Assembly: GCA_902385765.1 (NCBI GenBank)
Contig: CABMGU010000077.1
Location: forward strand, 24,921-56,920
DNA length: 32,000 bases
Direction: 5' to 3'
Source of the DNA: an uncultured archaeon
GTDB lineage: Archaea; Nanobdellota; Nanobdellia; Woesearchaeales; ARS49
In this document: positions 1-8,867 of the stretch, one piece after another
Position numbering within the stretch: position 1 is the stretch's first letter
Layout: every line of letters starts with the position of its first letter
Notes under the pieces: generated by a model
Seen by the model: the letters and a program-made list of their open reading frames with translations, nothing else
What the model was told of the DNA's origin: nothing
Databases searched by the model: none
Position numbers and translations under genes: made by a program

Positions 1-766
1 TTTTCGCGTCTATTTCTGTGTCTTTTATTTCGAGCGCAGAATCAAGTAATGCGATTTTCGGAGTCTTCAGCATTTTTGGCATTCCCGGGTGCACTGCTTC
101 TTTTTCAAGGACAACGCCTTCTATTAGCTCTGATTCTTCCACTGAGCTTCCTGTTCTTTTTTCGAGCTTGATGTTTTCTTTGTCAAAGTGGACGTGTCCG
201 TCTGCGTATTCTATTACTCTTTTTACTGCCTTCAAGGCTATTTCTGAGAGCTTTGTTTTTGCGCTTTCTGCTCCTTTGCCTGTGAGTGCTGTTTCTGCTA
301 TTCTGCGCAGTACTGCTTCGTCTTTGTCTGTAACGTTTTCTGCTATTTGGCTGAGGATTTCCTGTGCTTTTTCTTCTGCCATTCTGTATCCTTTGGCGAT
401 TACAGTGGGATGCACGTTCTGGTCGAGCAGTTCTTCTGCTCTTTTCAATAGTTCTCCTGCTATTATGACTGCTGTTGTTGTTCCGTCTCCTACTTCTGCT
501 TCCTGCGTTTTTGCAACTTCCACTATCATTTTTGCAGCAGGGTGTTCTACTTGCATTTCTTCAAGGATTGTGACTCCGTCGTTTGTTACTGTTATGTCTC
601 CCATGGAATCGACTATCATTTTGTCCATTCCTTTTGGTCCGAGTGTTGTTCGCACAGTTTCAGCTACCAGTTTTGCAGCCATTATGTTGTTTCTTTGCGC
701 GTTCTTTCCAGTAGTTCTTTGAGTGCCTTCCGGCAGGATAAAGATAGGTTGTATTTCTTTGCTCAT
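1..766 (-). CDS. ths: Thermosome (group II chaperonin) subunit, N-terminal part; the gene continues past the left window edge
   Basis: The minus-strand translation from ATG at 766..764 reads [107 protein letters not shown]. It carries the GPKGMDKM and GDGTTT chaperonin motifs. The frame is open to position 1, so it is absent from the ORF track. A GGGGGGG SD-like run precedes the ATG. Confidence 0.93.
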   Translation of the reverse strand, partial: MSKEIQPIFILPEGTQRTTGKNAQRNNIMAAKLVAETVRTTLGPKGMDKMIVDSMGDITVTNDGVTILEEMQVEHPAAKMIVEVAKTQEAEVGDGTTTAVIIAGELLKRAEELLDQNVHPTVIAKGYRMAEEKAQEILSQIAENVTDKDEAVLRRIAETALTGKGAESAKTKLSEIALKAVKRVIEYADGHVHFDKENIKLEKRTGSSVEESELIEGVVLEKEAVHPGMPKMLKTPKIALLDSALEIKDTEIDAK

Positions 767-802
767 ATTAATCCCCCCCAGAAGTTTTTTTAGACGATGT
801 CT

Positions 803-1597
803 TTAAAAAGTTTGCGTTAAAACCGCGCTTTCCAGCCCTGATTCTGCGTCTTGCTTTGCAGTGCCTACGAAGAATCTTGCTTCTGCTATTCCTTCCCTTG
901 TTTTGCCTTCTTTTTTTCTTGCCAGAACGAGATCTGCTACTCCAACGCCTGCTGTTTTTCTGACTTTTTTTACTCCTACGAGGACTATTTCTTCTGCTTG
1001 GAGAGTTCTGTGGCTGAAAAACTTGACTTCCTGTCCAAGGTATACCGGCATTCCGGGCAGCAATTTTCTTTTTTCGTTGTATTTTTGGAGTGCAGAAGAT
1101 ATCTTGCCGAATGCCAGCAGGAGCGGATCTTTTGGTCTTCCTATGGCGTATGCCAGGTCTTCCAATTCTGAGTCCCGTAATGGGTAGAATGAGATCCACT
1201 TGATTTTTTGTTCTGAGCCGAGGTCATTTGGCTGAGGAATTCCATATGTTAAAGTTGCTTCTGCTACTTTTTTTTCTCCTGAAAAAACAGGGATTGCTAT
1301 TCTCAGGACGTCGCTTATTTCTCCTGTCAAAGTTTTTGGAAGGTTTATTTTAGAATCGTTTTCTATTTTTTCATCAAACCTGCATTCCATTCTTGTGCAT
1401 TGTAATTCGTATCCGCAAGACATCATTAAACGGTCTGTTGATTTTTTAAGCCAGGCGGCAATCTGGCTTCCATAAACATATTTTTCGTGCAATTTGTTGT
1501 AATCTTTTGTTGCTTGGCCGAATGCTTCAACGTGTTCTTGTGCTATGAAGAATGGTGAAACGTCTCTGGTGGATAATTCTATTGTTGTCATCTTCAC
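803..1597 (-). CDS. Hypothetical protein, 264 aa; weak resemblance to a tandem hot-dog (MaoC-like) fold
   Basis: Long ORF with normal composition. The N-terminal segment FIAQEHVEAFGQATKDYNKLHEKY loosely resembles the hot-dog motif F..tgD.NP.H. No catalytic motif was confirmed. Confidence 0.6.
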   Translation of the reverse strand: MKMTTIELSTRDVSPFFIAQEHVEAFGQATKDYNKLHEKYVYGSQIAAWLKKSTDRLMMSCGYELQCTRMECRFDEKIENDSKINLPKTLTGEISDVLRIAIPVFSGEKKVAEATLTYGIPQPNDLGSEQKIKWISFYPLRDSELEDLAYAIGRPKDPLLLAFGKISSALQKYNEKRKLLPGMPVYLGQEVKFFSHRTLQAEEIVLVGVKKVRKTAGVGVADLVLARKKEGKTREGIAEARFFVGTAKQDAESGLESAVLTQTF

Positions 1598-1673
1598 TCA
1601 ACTTTTATTTTTTTCCTCGTTCTATTTAAATTTTGCCATAAGCAATATAAACAGGAAGTGAATTGCTTTATTC

Positions 1674-2222
1674 ATGATTATCACAATCTCTGGCACTCCT
1701 GGAAGCGGAAAGTCGACTGTTGCCAAGGCTGTCGCAAAAGAGTTTAAGCTCAAGCATTATTCTGCAGGCGACTTTATGCGCGAGATGGCTGCTGAGCGGG
1801 GTATTTCTCTTGAAGAGCTTTCCAAACTTGCTGAAGAAGACATTTCAGTTGACCGGGAGATTGATGCCCGCAATAAGCGTCTTGCTAAGGAGGACAATTT
1901 TATCATTGATTCCCGTCTTGCTTTTCATTTCCTTCCGAAGGCAATAAAGATTTTCTTAAAAGTTAATCCAAAGATTGCCGCTAAGCGCATTTGGAAGGAT
2001 ATTCAGGACAAAAAGCGGATGGTTGAAATTTTTAAGTCTGAGAAGGAAGTTCTTGGCGGCATTCTGGCTCGCCAAAGAAGTGACGTGAGCAGGTACAAAA
2101 AATACTATAATCTTGATTATCTGGATGAGAAGAATTATGATTTTGTGCTTGATACCTCTAAGTTGAACCTTCAGGAATCTATTGAAGAAACTTTAAAATT
2201 TATAAGAAAAAAAATAATTTAG
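1674..2222 (+). CDS. cmk: Archaeal-type cytidylate (CMP) kinase
   Basis: N-terminal P-loop MIITISGTPGSGKSTVAK. The size (182 aa) and overall pattern match short archaeal NMP kinases. Confidence 0.8.
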   Translation: MIITISGTPGSGKSTVAKAVAKEFKLKHYSAGDFMREMAAERGISLEELSKLAEEDISVDREIDARNKRLAKEDNFIIDSRLAFHFLPKAIKIFLKVNPKIAAKRIWKDIQDKKRMVEIFKSEKEVLGGILARQRSDVSRYKKYYNLDYLDEKNYDFVLDTSKLNLQESIEETLKFIRKKII

Positions 2223-2572
2223 TATGTTGTGCAGCAGAGTTCTATCTGGCAGCTGTTTCCATACATCGTCTGTTTTGAGACGCAGGTGCTGACTTCTATT
2301 GGTCCTCCAAGCACTTGCGGGCATTCTGATTGTACTTTTGTAAGCGCATCCGTGAATGCCGTGTTGCATTTGCCTGCTGGCACGTGCGCTCCTAATTGAT
2401 ATCCTGCATCTCCTGTTCTGCAGCATTGGGGCAGCTGTACTGTCTGCTGTCCTGGATAAGCGACTGGCTGTATCTGCGCCATTCCTGATGCGCCATATTT
2501 GAAAATCATAAATGTTCCGATTGCAGCCAATACAAGCACTGCGATAAGAACGACTGTTGTTTGACCTTTCAT
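2219..2572 (-). CDS. Small cysteine-rich exported protein with a pilin-like (class III-like) N-terminus
   Basis: MKGQTTVVLIAVLVLAAIGTFMIF is a short charged head with KG-Q, followed by a hydrophobic helix. The C-terminal 70 aa contain 8 Cys (QCC...KC...EC...TC...SC...LCC). It is convergent with cmk and overlaps it by 4 nt. Confidence 0.6.
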   Translation of the reverse strand: MKGQTTVVLIAVLVLAAIGTFMIFKYGASGMAQIQPVAYPGQQTVQLPQCCRTGDAGYQLGAHVPAGKCNTAFTDALTKVQSECPQVLGGPIEVSTCVSKQTMYGNSCQIELCCTTY

Positions 2573-2665
2573 ATGAACACCTCGTTTTGAATAAATATCG
2601 TGGTGTGGTTTAAATATTTTGTCAAAAAGTGAAGTTTTTTAAACAAATCCTAGTCCCATTCCGGT

Positions 2666-3313
2666 ATGCCTATCAAAAAGCACGATTTTGTGGAACTGGA
2701 ATACACCGGTCGTTTGAAGGAAGGCAGTTTTGTATTTGATACTACTGATGAAAAAACTGCAAAGGAAGCTCAGATTTTTACTGAAAAGTCCCAGTACGCT
2801 CCTATCGTAATCTGTATTGGCGAGCATATGATTTTGCGTGCTATTGACGAATTCCTTGAAGGAAAGGAGCTTGGAAATTATGCCCTTGAACTGCCTGCTG
2901 AGAAGGCATTTGGCAAAAAGACCGCTGAATTGGTGAAGATGATTCCTACGAGCAAGTTTACCGAGCAGGAAATCAAGCCTGTTCCTGGTCTGCGTTTGAA
3001 CATTGACAATTATGTTGGTATTGTTAAGACCGTGAGTGGTGGCAGGACTGTTGTTGATTTTAATCATCCTCTTGCTGGCAGGGATGTTGTTTATGAGCTG
3101 AAACTCCTTAAGATTGTTAACGACAAGAAAGTTCAGGTTGAGTCTTTGTTGAGGGGCTTGCTTGGCGTTAAGGCGCCTGTTGAAGTGAAGGAAAACAAGG
3201 TTGCTATTACTTTCCCTGCTGAACTGCCTGAAAAGCTGAAAACAGAGCTGGCAAAAAAACTGGCAGAATTGACAAGTCTTGAAGTTTCTTTTGAAGTTAA
3301 AAAAGAAAAGTAG
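2666..3313 (+). CDS. FKBP-type peptidyl-prolyl cis-trans isomerase (long archaeal / SlyD-like type with insert-in-flap domain)
   Basis: The sequence shows VELEYTGRL...G.VFDTT, then VVDFNHPLAGRDVVYELKLLKI, which matches the DFNHPLAGK signature of SlyD/archaeal FKBPs. It has a C-terminal helical extension. Confidence 0.85.
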   Translation: MPIKKHDFVELEYTGRLKEGSFVFDTTDEKTAKEAQIFTEKSQYAPIVICIGEHMILRAIDEFLEGKELGNYALELPAEKAFGKKTAELVKMIPTSKFTEQEIKPVPGLRLNIDNYVGIVKTVSGGRTVVDFNHPLAGRDVVYELKLLKIVNDKKVQVESLLRGLLGVKAPVEVKENKVAITFPAELPEKLKTELAKKLAELTSLEVSFEVKKEK

Positions 3314-3340
3314 AAAATATATTCTGGTCTGACGTAATGC

Positions 3341-3348
3341 TTATATAG
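3341..3348 (+). promoter_or_regulatory. Candidate TATA box upstream of ftsZ
   Basis: TTATATAG lies about 47 nt upstream of the ftsZ ATG, with AAGGGGGA SD-like sequence in between. Confidence 0.35.
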
Positions 3349-3387
3349 TTATTCATTCTCTGAAAATTCATTGACAAAGGGGGACAG

Positions 3388-4503
3388 ATGGATTTCATAA
3401 AACCGCAACAGCCAGTTTCTAACGACCCGAAGCTAATGCAGAAACCTACAAATGCGAATCCTTTGGATACCGAACTGCAGGAGCTTCTTTCTAAACAGCA
3501 CGCGAGCATTAAGGTTGTTGGTTGCGGTGGTGCTGGAAATAACACTATTAACAGGATTACTGAGGTTGGCGTTCACGGTGCTGAGACTATTGCTGTTAAC
3601 ACTGATGCGCAGGATTTGTTGTATACGACTGCTGACAAGAAGATTTTGATTGGCAGGGAAGTTACTAAAGGTCTTGGTGCTGGTGCTGACCCGAGAGTTG
3701 GTGAGGAGGCTGCAAGGGAGAGCGAGCACGATTTGAAGAATGCAATGCAGGGCGCTGATATGGTTTTTGTGACTTGCGGTCTTGGAGGAGGTACTGGCAC
3801 TGGTTCTGCTCCTGTTGTTGCTGATACTGCCAAGAAGATGGGTGCTTTGACTGTTGCGATTGTGACTATGCCTTTTACTATGGAGGGCAACAGGCGTTAT
3901 GATAATGCAGTGATAGGTCTTGAAAAGCTTCAGCAGTTTGTTGACACTTTAATCGTTATTCCTAACGATAAATTGTTAGAGCTTGCTCCTGATCTTCCTT
4001 TGCATACTGCTTTCAAGGTTGCTGATGAGATTCTTACAAACGCTGTTAAGGGCATTGCTGAATTGGTGACTAAGGCAGGTCTTGTTAATCTGGATTTTGC
4101 TGATATCAGGGCAGTTATGTCTAACGGCGGTGTTGCGTTGATTGGTGTTGGCGAGAGTGATTCTGAGAACAGGGCTGTTGAGGCTGTTGAGAAGGCGATT
4201 AACAATCCTTTGCTTGATGTTGATATTACCGGCGCAACCGGCGCTTTGATTAATGTTGCCGGCAGCAAAGACCTGACATTGAATGAGGCGAGGCGTGTTG
4301 TTGAGACTGTGAGCGAGCGTCTTGCTGAGGATGCGAAAATCATTTGGGGCGCGCAGATTTACGAGGACCTTGGTCCTGTGCTCAGAGTCATGCTTATTGT
4401 TACTGGTGTCAAGTCTCCTCAGATTTTCGGCAAGACCAAGAAGTTGTCAGAAGCGACGCGAGAGGAGATGCAGTCTGAGCTGGGTATTGAATTTGTGGAC
4501 TGA
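3388..4503 (+). CDS. ftsZ: Cell division GTPase FtsZ
   Basis: Carries the tubulin/FtsZ signature [15 protein letters not shown], plus [14 protein letters not shown] and NTDAQDL. Confidence 0.97.
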   Translation: MDFIKPQQPVSNDPKLMQKPTNANPLDTELQELLSKQHASIKVVGCGGAGNNTINRITEVGVHGAETIAVNTDAQDLLYTTADKKILIGREVTKGLGAGADPRVGEEAARESEHDLKNAMQGADMVFVTCGLGGGTGTGSAPVVADTAKKMGALTVAIVTMPFTMEGNRRYDNAVIGLEKLQQFVDTLIVIPNDKLLELAPDLPLHTAFKVADEILTNAVKGIAELVTKAGLVNLDFADIRAVMSNGGVALIGVGESDSENRAVEAVEKAINNPLLDVDITGATGALINVAGSKDLTLNEARRVVETVSERLAEDAKIIWGAQIYEDLGPVLRVMLIVTGVKSPQIFGKTKKLSEATREEMQSELGIEFVD

Positions 4504-4508
4504 TTCTT

Positions 4509-5075
4509 ATGAGACCTCTTCAGAAGCTTGACAAGCTTGTTAAGAACGAGCTGAAGGGCATCAAGAAACCTGCAGGTTTTAATGTTCGGTTTCGGTCAAG
4601 CGATAAGGCAGGTGACGGTCAATTTACTGTGCAGACAAGAGTGGATGATATTTCAATCAAGTATGAATGTGAAAAGGATGGCGTAGAGCTGACTTTAAAG
4701 TGCAGGGGCGAGCGCCTGTTTATTTCTGCTGACGAAAGCACAGTGTATCATGTTTCTGTCAATGAACAGGAATATTATCAGAGTTTTAACGATGAGGAGG
4801 ATGAGTCTTGGAGAGATCATGACGAAAAAGGGAGAGAGCGATTGAACGCCCTTGCACGTGGCGGAAAGTGTCTGAAAGAAGTGCAGGATTATCTTAAAGG
4901 CGCTGTTCCTGATTTAATCAGGCTTATGGAGAGTTATTTTTCCAGGAAACTCATGCCATTGGATGATCTGATGCCGGCGCACTCGAACGAAAAAGTTTTT
5001 GAAATGTTCGATTTGCGAAGAAAGCTTAATAAACCACATATTGAAAATTCACTTTATGGACGAGCAAAAGCCTGA
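4509..5075 (+). CDS. Hypothetical protein, 188 aa, immediately downstream of ftsZ
   Basis: The ATG lies 6 nt after the ftsZ stop. Composition is normal and charged. No motif recognised. Confidence 0.6.
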   Translation: MRPLQKLDKLVKNELKGIKKPAGFNVRFRSSDKAGDGQFTVQTRVDDISIKYECEKDGVELTLKCRGERLFISADESTVYHVSVNEQEYYQSFNDEEDESWRDHDEKGRERLNALARGGKCLKEVQDYLKGAVPDLIRLMESYFSRKLMPLDDLMPAHSNEKVFEMFDLRRKLNKPHIENSLYGRAKA

Positions 5076-5439
5076 TGAGGAATTGCAGGAAGAGATTGAA
5101 GAGATAGAGTCTGCTGAAACGCCTGCAGAAGAACAGCCTGTTGAGGAAGTTCCTGCTGAAATAGTTGCGCCTGTTGAAGAAGCGCCTGCAGAAGAAACTG
5201 CTCAGCCTGAACTGCCTCAGAAGCTTGTTGAACAGCCAAAGCATATCGGTGCTCCTGTTCCCGGCAAGATGGAACGCTTGAAGACGTTTATTATGGAGTG
5301 CAAAAGAGTTTTGCGTGTTACCAAGAAGCCAGACAAGCAGGAATTTTACACTATTGTCAAGATTTCCGCCGTAGGAATAGCCATTATCGGCTTTATCGGC
5401 TTCCTTGTGCATTTTGCAAAGGAATTGCTGATTAAGTGA
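5056..5439 (+). CDS. secE: Protein translocase subunit SecE / Sec61-gamma with a long acidic N-terminal extension
   Basis: The C-terminal RLKTFIMECKRVLRVTKKPDKQEFYTIVKISAVGIAIIGFIGFLVHF is the canonical SecE amphipathic segment plus single TM. The start was chosen at MDEQKP (5056). An alternative start at MERLKTF would give a typical 56-aa SecE. Confidence 0.85.
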   Translation: MDEQKPDEELQEEIEEIESAETPAEEQPVEEVPAEIVAPVEEAPAEETAQPELPQKLVEQPKHIGAPVPGKMERLKTFIMECKRVLRVTKKPDKQEFYTIVKISAVGIAIIGFIGFLVHFAKELLIK

Positions 5440-5449
5440 GGGGGTTGAA

Positions 5450-5941
5450 ATGGAACACGATTGGAAAGTTTATGCTTTTGACAGAAAGTGTTATGTTTTT
5501 CAGGACGGTGAATTTTTTGAGGTTTTTGAGGCTGGCAAAAAAGAAGGTCATGGAATTAGAAACTATTTTCGTTTGAAGCATCCGGTTTCCGTGGAGGAAA
5601 AACAGGGGGTTGTGGCTCTTCTGCCTTCTATGAAATTAATTGCCAGCTCGAGAAACGAGTTCTTATACGTTCGTGATTTGGGTATGCATTTTGATGGCCT
5701 TGCAAGAAAGCTTGATGAGGCTGGAGAAATAGCTAAAGTTGAAACGCTCTCAGAAGAAGAAGCAAATCGGCTTCGGGATGTCGCCACACATTGTTTGCAG
5801 CAAGCAACAGAGCTGGCGTCTTTGGGCTCAGGGTTTTATTCGCAGGCAAGGGGAGCCGCTCTTAACGGTCTGATTTGCAATCCTGATAATAAAGAGCTTG
5901 AAGAGTTGCTTATCAGCATAGAATCCCTACAGCGTTCCTGA
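5450..5941 (+). CDS. Hypothetical protein, 163 aa, between secE and spt5
   Basis: GAGGGGG SD-like sequence lies 5 nt upstream of the ATG. The protein looks soluble. No motif recognised. Confidence 0.6.
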   Translation: MEHDWKVYAFDRKCYVFQDGEFFEVFEAGKKEGHGIRNYFRLKHPVSVEEKQGVVALLPSMKLIASSRNEFLYVRDLGMHFDGLARKLDEAGEIAKVETLSEEEANRLRDVATHCLQQATELASLGSGFYSQARGAALNGLICNPDNKELEELLISIESLQRS

Positions 5942-6016
5942 ATAAGTTCATTAATTAGAAACCTTTAAAAACCCTTTACTATTCTTTTATTCTATTATTC
6001 TCGGTGAAATAAAAAA

Positions 6017-6661
6017 ATGGAAAACGAGCAGGGGTCAGAGCAAAAGGAGCCGGAAGTAGTTGAAGCTCCGGAAAAGCAGGCAGTTCCGATTATTGCTGGA
6101 GCAACAGAGCCGGAAGTTAAAGAGGTTGAGGAAGTCAAAAAGCTTGTTCCTGAAGCTCCTAAGAAAGAAGGAATAAAGACTCACATTTTCGCATTAAGGA
6201 CTACTGCTAATCGTGAGGACCAGGTTATGGACTTTCTGGTCAGCAATGTAAAGAAGAAAAAAATGCAGATTTTCTCTGTCATCCGCCCTCACGGAATGCG
6301 CGGTTATATTTTTGTCGAGGCTAACGACCGTCAGAGTGCGGAGGAAGCCAGTTTTAACATTCCTTATGCCAGAGGCATTTTGCCGAAGGAGATTCAGTAT
6401 GCTGAGATTGAGCATATGCTTGAGCAGGTCAAGAGAGAGGTTGACATCCGCAAGAATGACGTTGTTGAGATTATCTCAGGTCCGTTCAAGCGCGAGCAGG
6501 CAAAGGTTACAAGGATTGACAAGTCCAAGGAAGAGGTTGTTGTTGAGCTTCTTGGCGCCGCTGTTCCGATTCCGATTACTGTCAAAATGGATGCTGTGAA
6601 GGTCATCCGCAGGGAATCCGGGGAAGCCCAGCCTGAAGAGCAATCAGACTCTGAAAGTTAG
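6017..6661 (+). CDS. spt5: Transcription elongation factor Spt5 (archaeal NusG) with an acidic N-terminal extension
   Basis: NGN domain HIFALRTTANREDQVMDFL...GYIFVEA and KOW motif DVVEIISGPFKREQAKVTRIDKSKEEVVVEL. About 55 extra E/P/K-rich residues sit at the N-terminus. Confidence 0.9.
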   Translation: MENEQGSEQKEPEVVEAPEKQAVPIIAGATEPEVKEVEEVKKLVPEAPKKEGIKTHIFALRTTANREDQVMDFLVSNVKKKKMQIFSVIRPHGMRGYIFVEANDRQSAEEASFNIPYARGILPKEIQYAEIEHMLEQVKREVDIRKNDVVEIISGPFKREQAKVTRIDKSKEEVVVELLGAAVPIPITVKMDAVKVIRRESGEAQPEEQSDSES

Positions 6662-6697
6662 AAAGGTTTTTAAATATCATATTGGGGGTTTCATTTT

Positions 6698-7462
6698 ATG
6701 CCAAAACAGACTGTAGACGCAATGGTTGAAGGCGGTAAAGCGTCAGCTGCGCCACCATTAGGCCCTGCTCTCGGTCCGTTGGGCGTTAACATCGGCCAGA
6801 TTATTTCTGAAATCAACAAGAAGACTGCTGACTTCAAGGGTGTTCAGGTTCCTGTGAAAATCGTTGTTGATGAGCAGAAGAATGTTTCGATTTCAGTTGG
6901 TACTCCTCCTGCAAGCGCTTTAATCAAGCAGGAAGCTCACATTGAGAAAGGTTCAGGCAACCCCGAGACAGAGCTTATTGCTGATGTCAAGATTGAGCAG
7001 ATTATCAAGATTGCAAAGATGAAAACAGATAACTTGTCCGGCAAGGATATGTTTGCGCGTGTCAAGGAGATTGCAGGCACTTGCAACAGTATGGGTGTTA
7101 TGATTGAGGGCAAGCGTGCTGTTGAGACTATTGCTGATATTAACAAGGGAATGTTTACTGAGGAAATCAGGGCTGAGAAGACTGAGCTTTCTGCTGCTGA
7201 GCTGAAAGAGCTTGAGGAGAAGAAGCTGAAGCTGGCTGCCGATATTGAGAAGAGGAAGGCAGCTCTTACTGCTGCTGCAAAGCAGATTATTGAGAGCATG
7301 GCTGGTCAGCCTCGTGGCGCTATTAAGGCAAAGCTTGTTGAAGCCAAGATTCCAACAGTTCTTATTGATGAACTGCTGCCTGTCGAGGCTCCTGCTGCAA
7401 CGCCCGGCGCTCCTGGTGCTGCTGCTCCTGGCGCAAAGCCTGCTGCTGAAGCTAAGAAATAG
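6698..7462 (+). CDS. rpl11: Ribosomal protein uL11 with a ~95-aa C-terminal extension
   Basis: Residues 1-155 match uL11: GGKASAAPPLGPALGPLGVNI...VGTPPASALIK...AGTCNSMGV. The frame then continues through a coiled-coil and an Ala/Pro-rich tail. Confidence 0.9.
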   Translation: MPKQTVDAMVEGGKASAAPPLGPALGPLGVNIGQIISEINKKTADFKGVQVPVKIVVDEQKNVSISVGTPPASALIKQEAHIEKGSGNPETELIADVKIEQIIKIAKMKTDNLSGKDMFARVKEIAGTCNSMGVMIEGKRAVETIADINKGMFTEEIRAEKTELSAAELKELEEKKLKLAADIEKRKAALTAAAKQIIESMAGQPRGAIKAKLVEAKIPTVLIDELLPVEAPAATPGAPGAAAPGAKPAAEAKK

Positions 7463-7506
7463 TTCTAATCGTAAGCTTTTAATATACTTAAACTGTTTAT
7501 AGCTCG

Positions 7507-8061
7507 ATGGCCGTTCAAAGAGGTATTGGTACAGTTGTTTTTTCAATCGTTGGGATTGTTATTATTATCGCTGCGGTTGTTATCATTCTGCTCGTTTTCA
7601 AGTCAGCGCCTCCTGCTAAGGAGCTTATTTACAAGACGATTGACCTGCGCCGCGCAGCTGATCCGGTCGATAAAGCCAACTTAATCAGCGCGCTTGATGA
7701 TTTGGTGGCCCAGTCCAAGAGCACGGATGTTAAGGATCAGTGGGACAGGATGATGCAGTGCCTGTCCTCAACCTGTCCTGATGAAGCCTTCCTTGATATG
7801 TCTTTGGTGACTGTTGCGACTTTTGAGAATGATGTTCCTGAGAGTGCTTTGTTGGTTAATGTTATTGCGACAAGCAAGTATTGGGGAAATGCTGAGCATT
7901 TGCTTGAGTTTTCAAAGGCTTTGAGCATGGCTAATGAGCAGATTCAGCTTCTTGATGATAGGAAGGTTGAGAAGTTATGGCAGCAGATTGTTGAGTGCAA
8001 TAATGTTTGTCCTGAAAAGAATGATTTGTATTTCGAGCTGATTAAGACGATTGTACAATGA
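7507..8061 (+). CDS. N-terminally membrane-anchored helical protein, 184 aa
   Basis: MAVQRGIGTVVFSIVGIVIIIAAVVIILLVF is a signal anchor. It is followed by a Cys-containing helical ectodomain (CLSSTCPDE, ECNNVCPE). This is the first gene of a tightly coupled four-gene run. Confidence 0.65.
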   Translation: MAVQRGIGTVVFSIVGIVIIIAAVVIILLVFKSAPPAKELIYKTIDLRRAADPVDKANLISALDDLVAQSKSTDVKDQWDRMMQCLSSTCPDEAFLDMSLVTVATFENDVPESALLVNVIATSKYWGNAEHLLEFSKALSMANEQIQLLDDRKVEKLWQQIVECNNVCPEKNDLYFELIKTIVQ

Positions 8062-8867
8062 CGTGGAAAAAAGCGGTTTTGGTTTTGTCGGTTGTGATAG
8101 CGCTAATCCTTACGTTGATTGCCGTGCATCCTGCAGACGTGTCTGAACTGCGCGAGCATACTGATGTCCGGTTGTCTCAGTCTGCAAAGATTCCTTTCCA
8201 TCATGCTTTTTCTTTGACGGGTTTTGCCTTGTCAGGCTCTTGGGAGGGTTCTGGCAGTGCCAAGGTCTGGCTTGTCGGAGGGGAAAAAAGGTATCTTGTT
8301 TTGGATACGAAAGCAGTGACTTCAACTCTTGAGTTTTCCTCTTTTGGCACGCGTTTTGAGTCTGCTTGTGATGAAACCTGTTCTATTCCTCCGTTGCAGG
8401 CTGAGTATTTGCTGATTGTTTTATCCGGTCCTGGTTTTCTGACCATTGATTCTTATCATATGGCTATTCCTTTGGAGCCTACTGGTTTTCTTTCTTATCC
8501 TAAAACAGTGTTTGACCTGCCGACTCCTAATCACGCTTTGTTTTTGCTGGCATTGTTGCTTTTAATCTCAGTGATTGGCTCTCATGCATTGGGGCATTAC
8601 TGCAGGAATTTGGTTACAAAGCGGATTGTTTTGATGGTTTTCCTTGGCGCGTTTATTGCTCTTGGCAGCGTGTTTGGTGTCACGCTCCTCACTCCTACAT
8701 CTGCTTTTTCCATTGTTACAAAGCAGGTTGTTAGTGTTTTTGCTGCTTTTGTTCTTGTCGTTCTTGTTGTTCTGACCGCTTTTGAGATTCTTGTTCATAG
8801 ACAGCCCGGTCCTAAGCAGGATGTCTGGAAGGATTTGGAGGATGCAGAGGAGAAATGGGAAAAGTGA
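8058..8867 (+). CDS. Membrane protein: N-terminal anchor, CxETC beta-domain, 3-4 C-terminal TM helices
   Basis: ATGA start/stop overlap with the upstream gene. The ectodomain is paralogous to ORF 9505..10038. The C-terminal half is hydrophobic. Confidence 0.7.
   Translation: MTWKKAVLVLSVVIALILTLIAVHPADVSELREHTDVRLSQSAKIPFHHAFSLTGFALSGSWEGSGSAKVWLVGGEKRYLVLDTKAVTSTLEFSSFGTRFESACDETCSIPPLQAEYLLIVLSGPGFLTIDSYHMAIPLEPTGFLSYPKTVFDLPTPNHALFLLALLLLISVIGSHALGHYCRNLVTKRIVLMVFLGAFIALGSVFGVTLLTPTSAFSIVTKQVVSVFAAFVLVVLVVLTAFEILVHRQPGPKQDVWKDLEDAEEKWEK

Noticed and set aside
18-722. 234-aa plus-strand ORF (plus 542..793) at the left edge
   Set aside because: Its composition is low-complexity S/F/A/T-rich, typical of the antisense frame of a real gene. 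The minus strand here encodes an unmistakable thermosome N-terminus.
768-1199. Minus-strand 143-aa R/K-rich ORF and plus-strand ORFs 851..1171 and 861..1187
   Set aside because: All overlap the longer, compositionally normal ORF 803..1597. Their extreme R/K or F/C/S bias indicates off-frame or antisense artefacts.
3433-4343. Several ORFs inside or antisense to ftsZ (3433..3729, 3573..3890, 3930..4343, 3452..3649)
   Set aside because: They lie fully within the confidently identified ftsZ CDS and have antisense-type composition.
6953-7546. 197-aa minus-strand ORF (and 6937..7299) opposite rpl11
   Set aside because: It is antisense to uL11, with L/S/N-rich low-complexity composition and no SD or promoter context.
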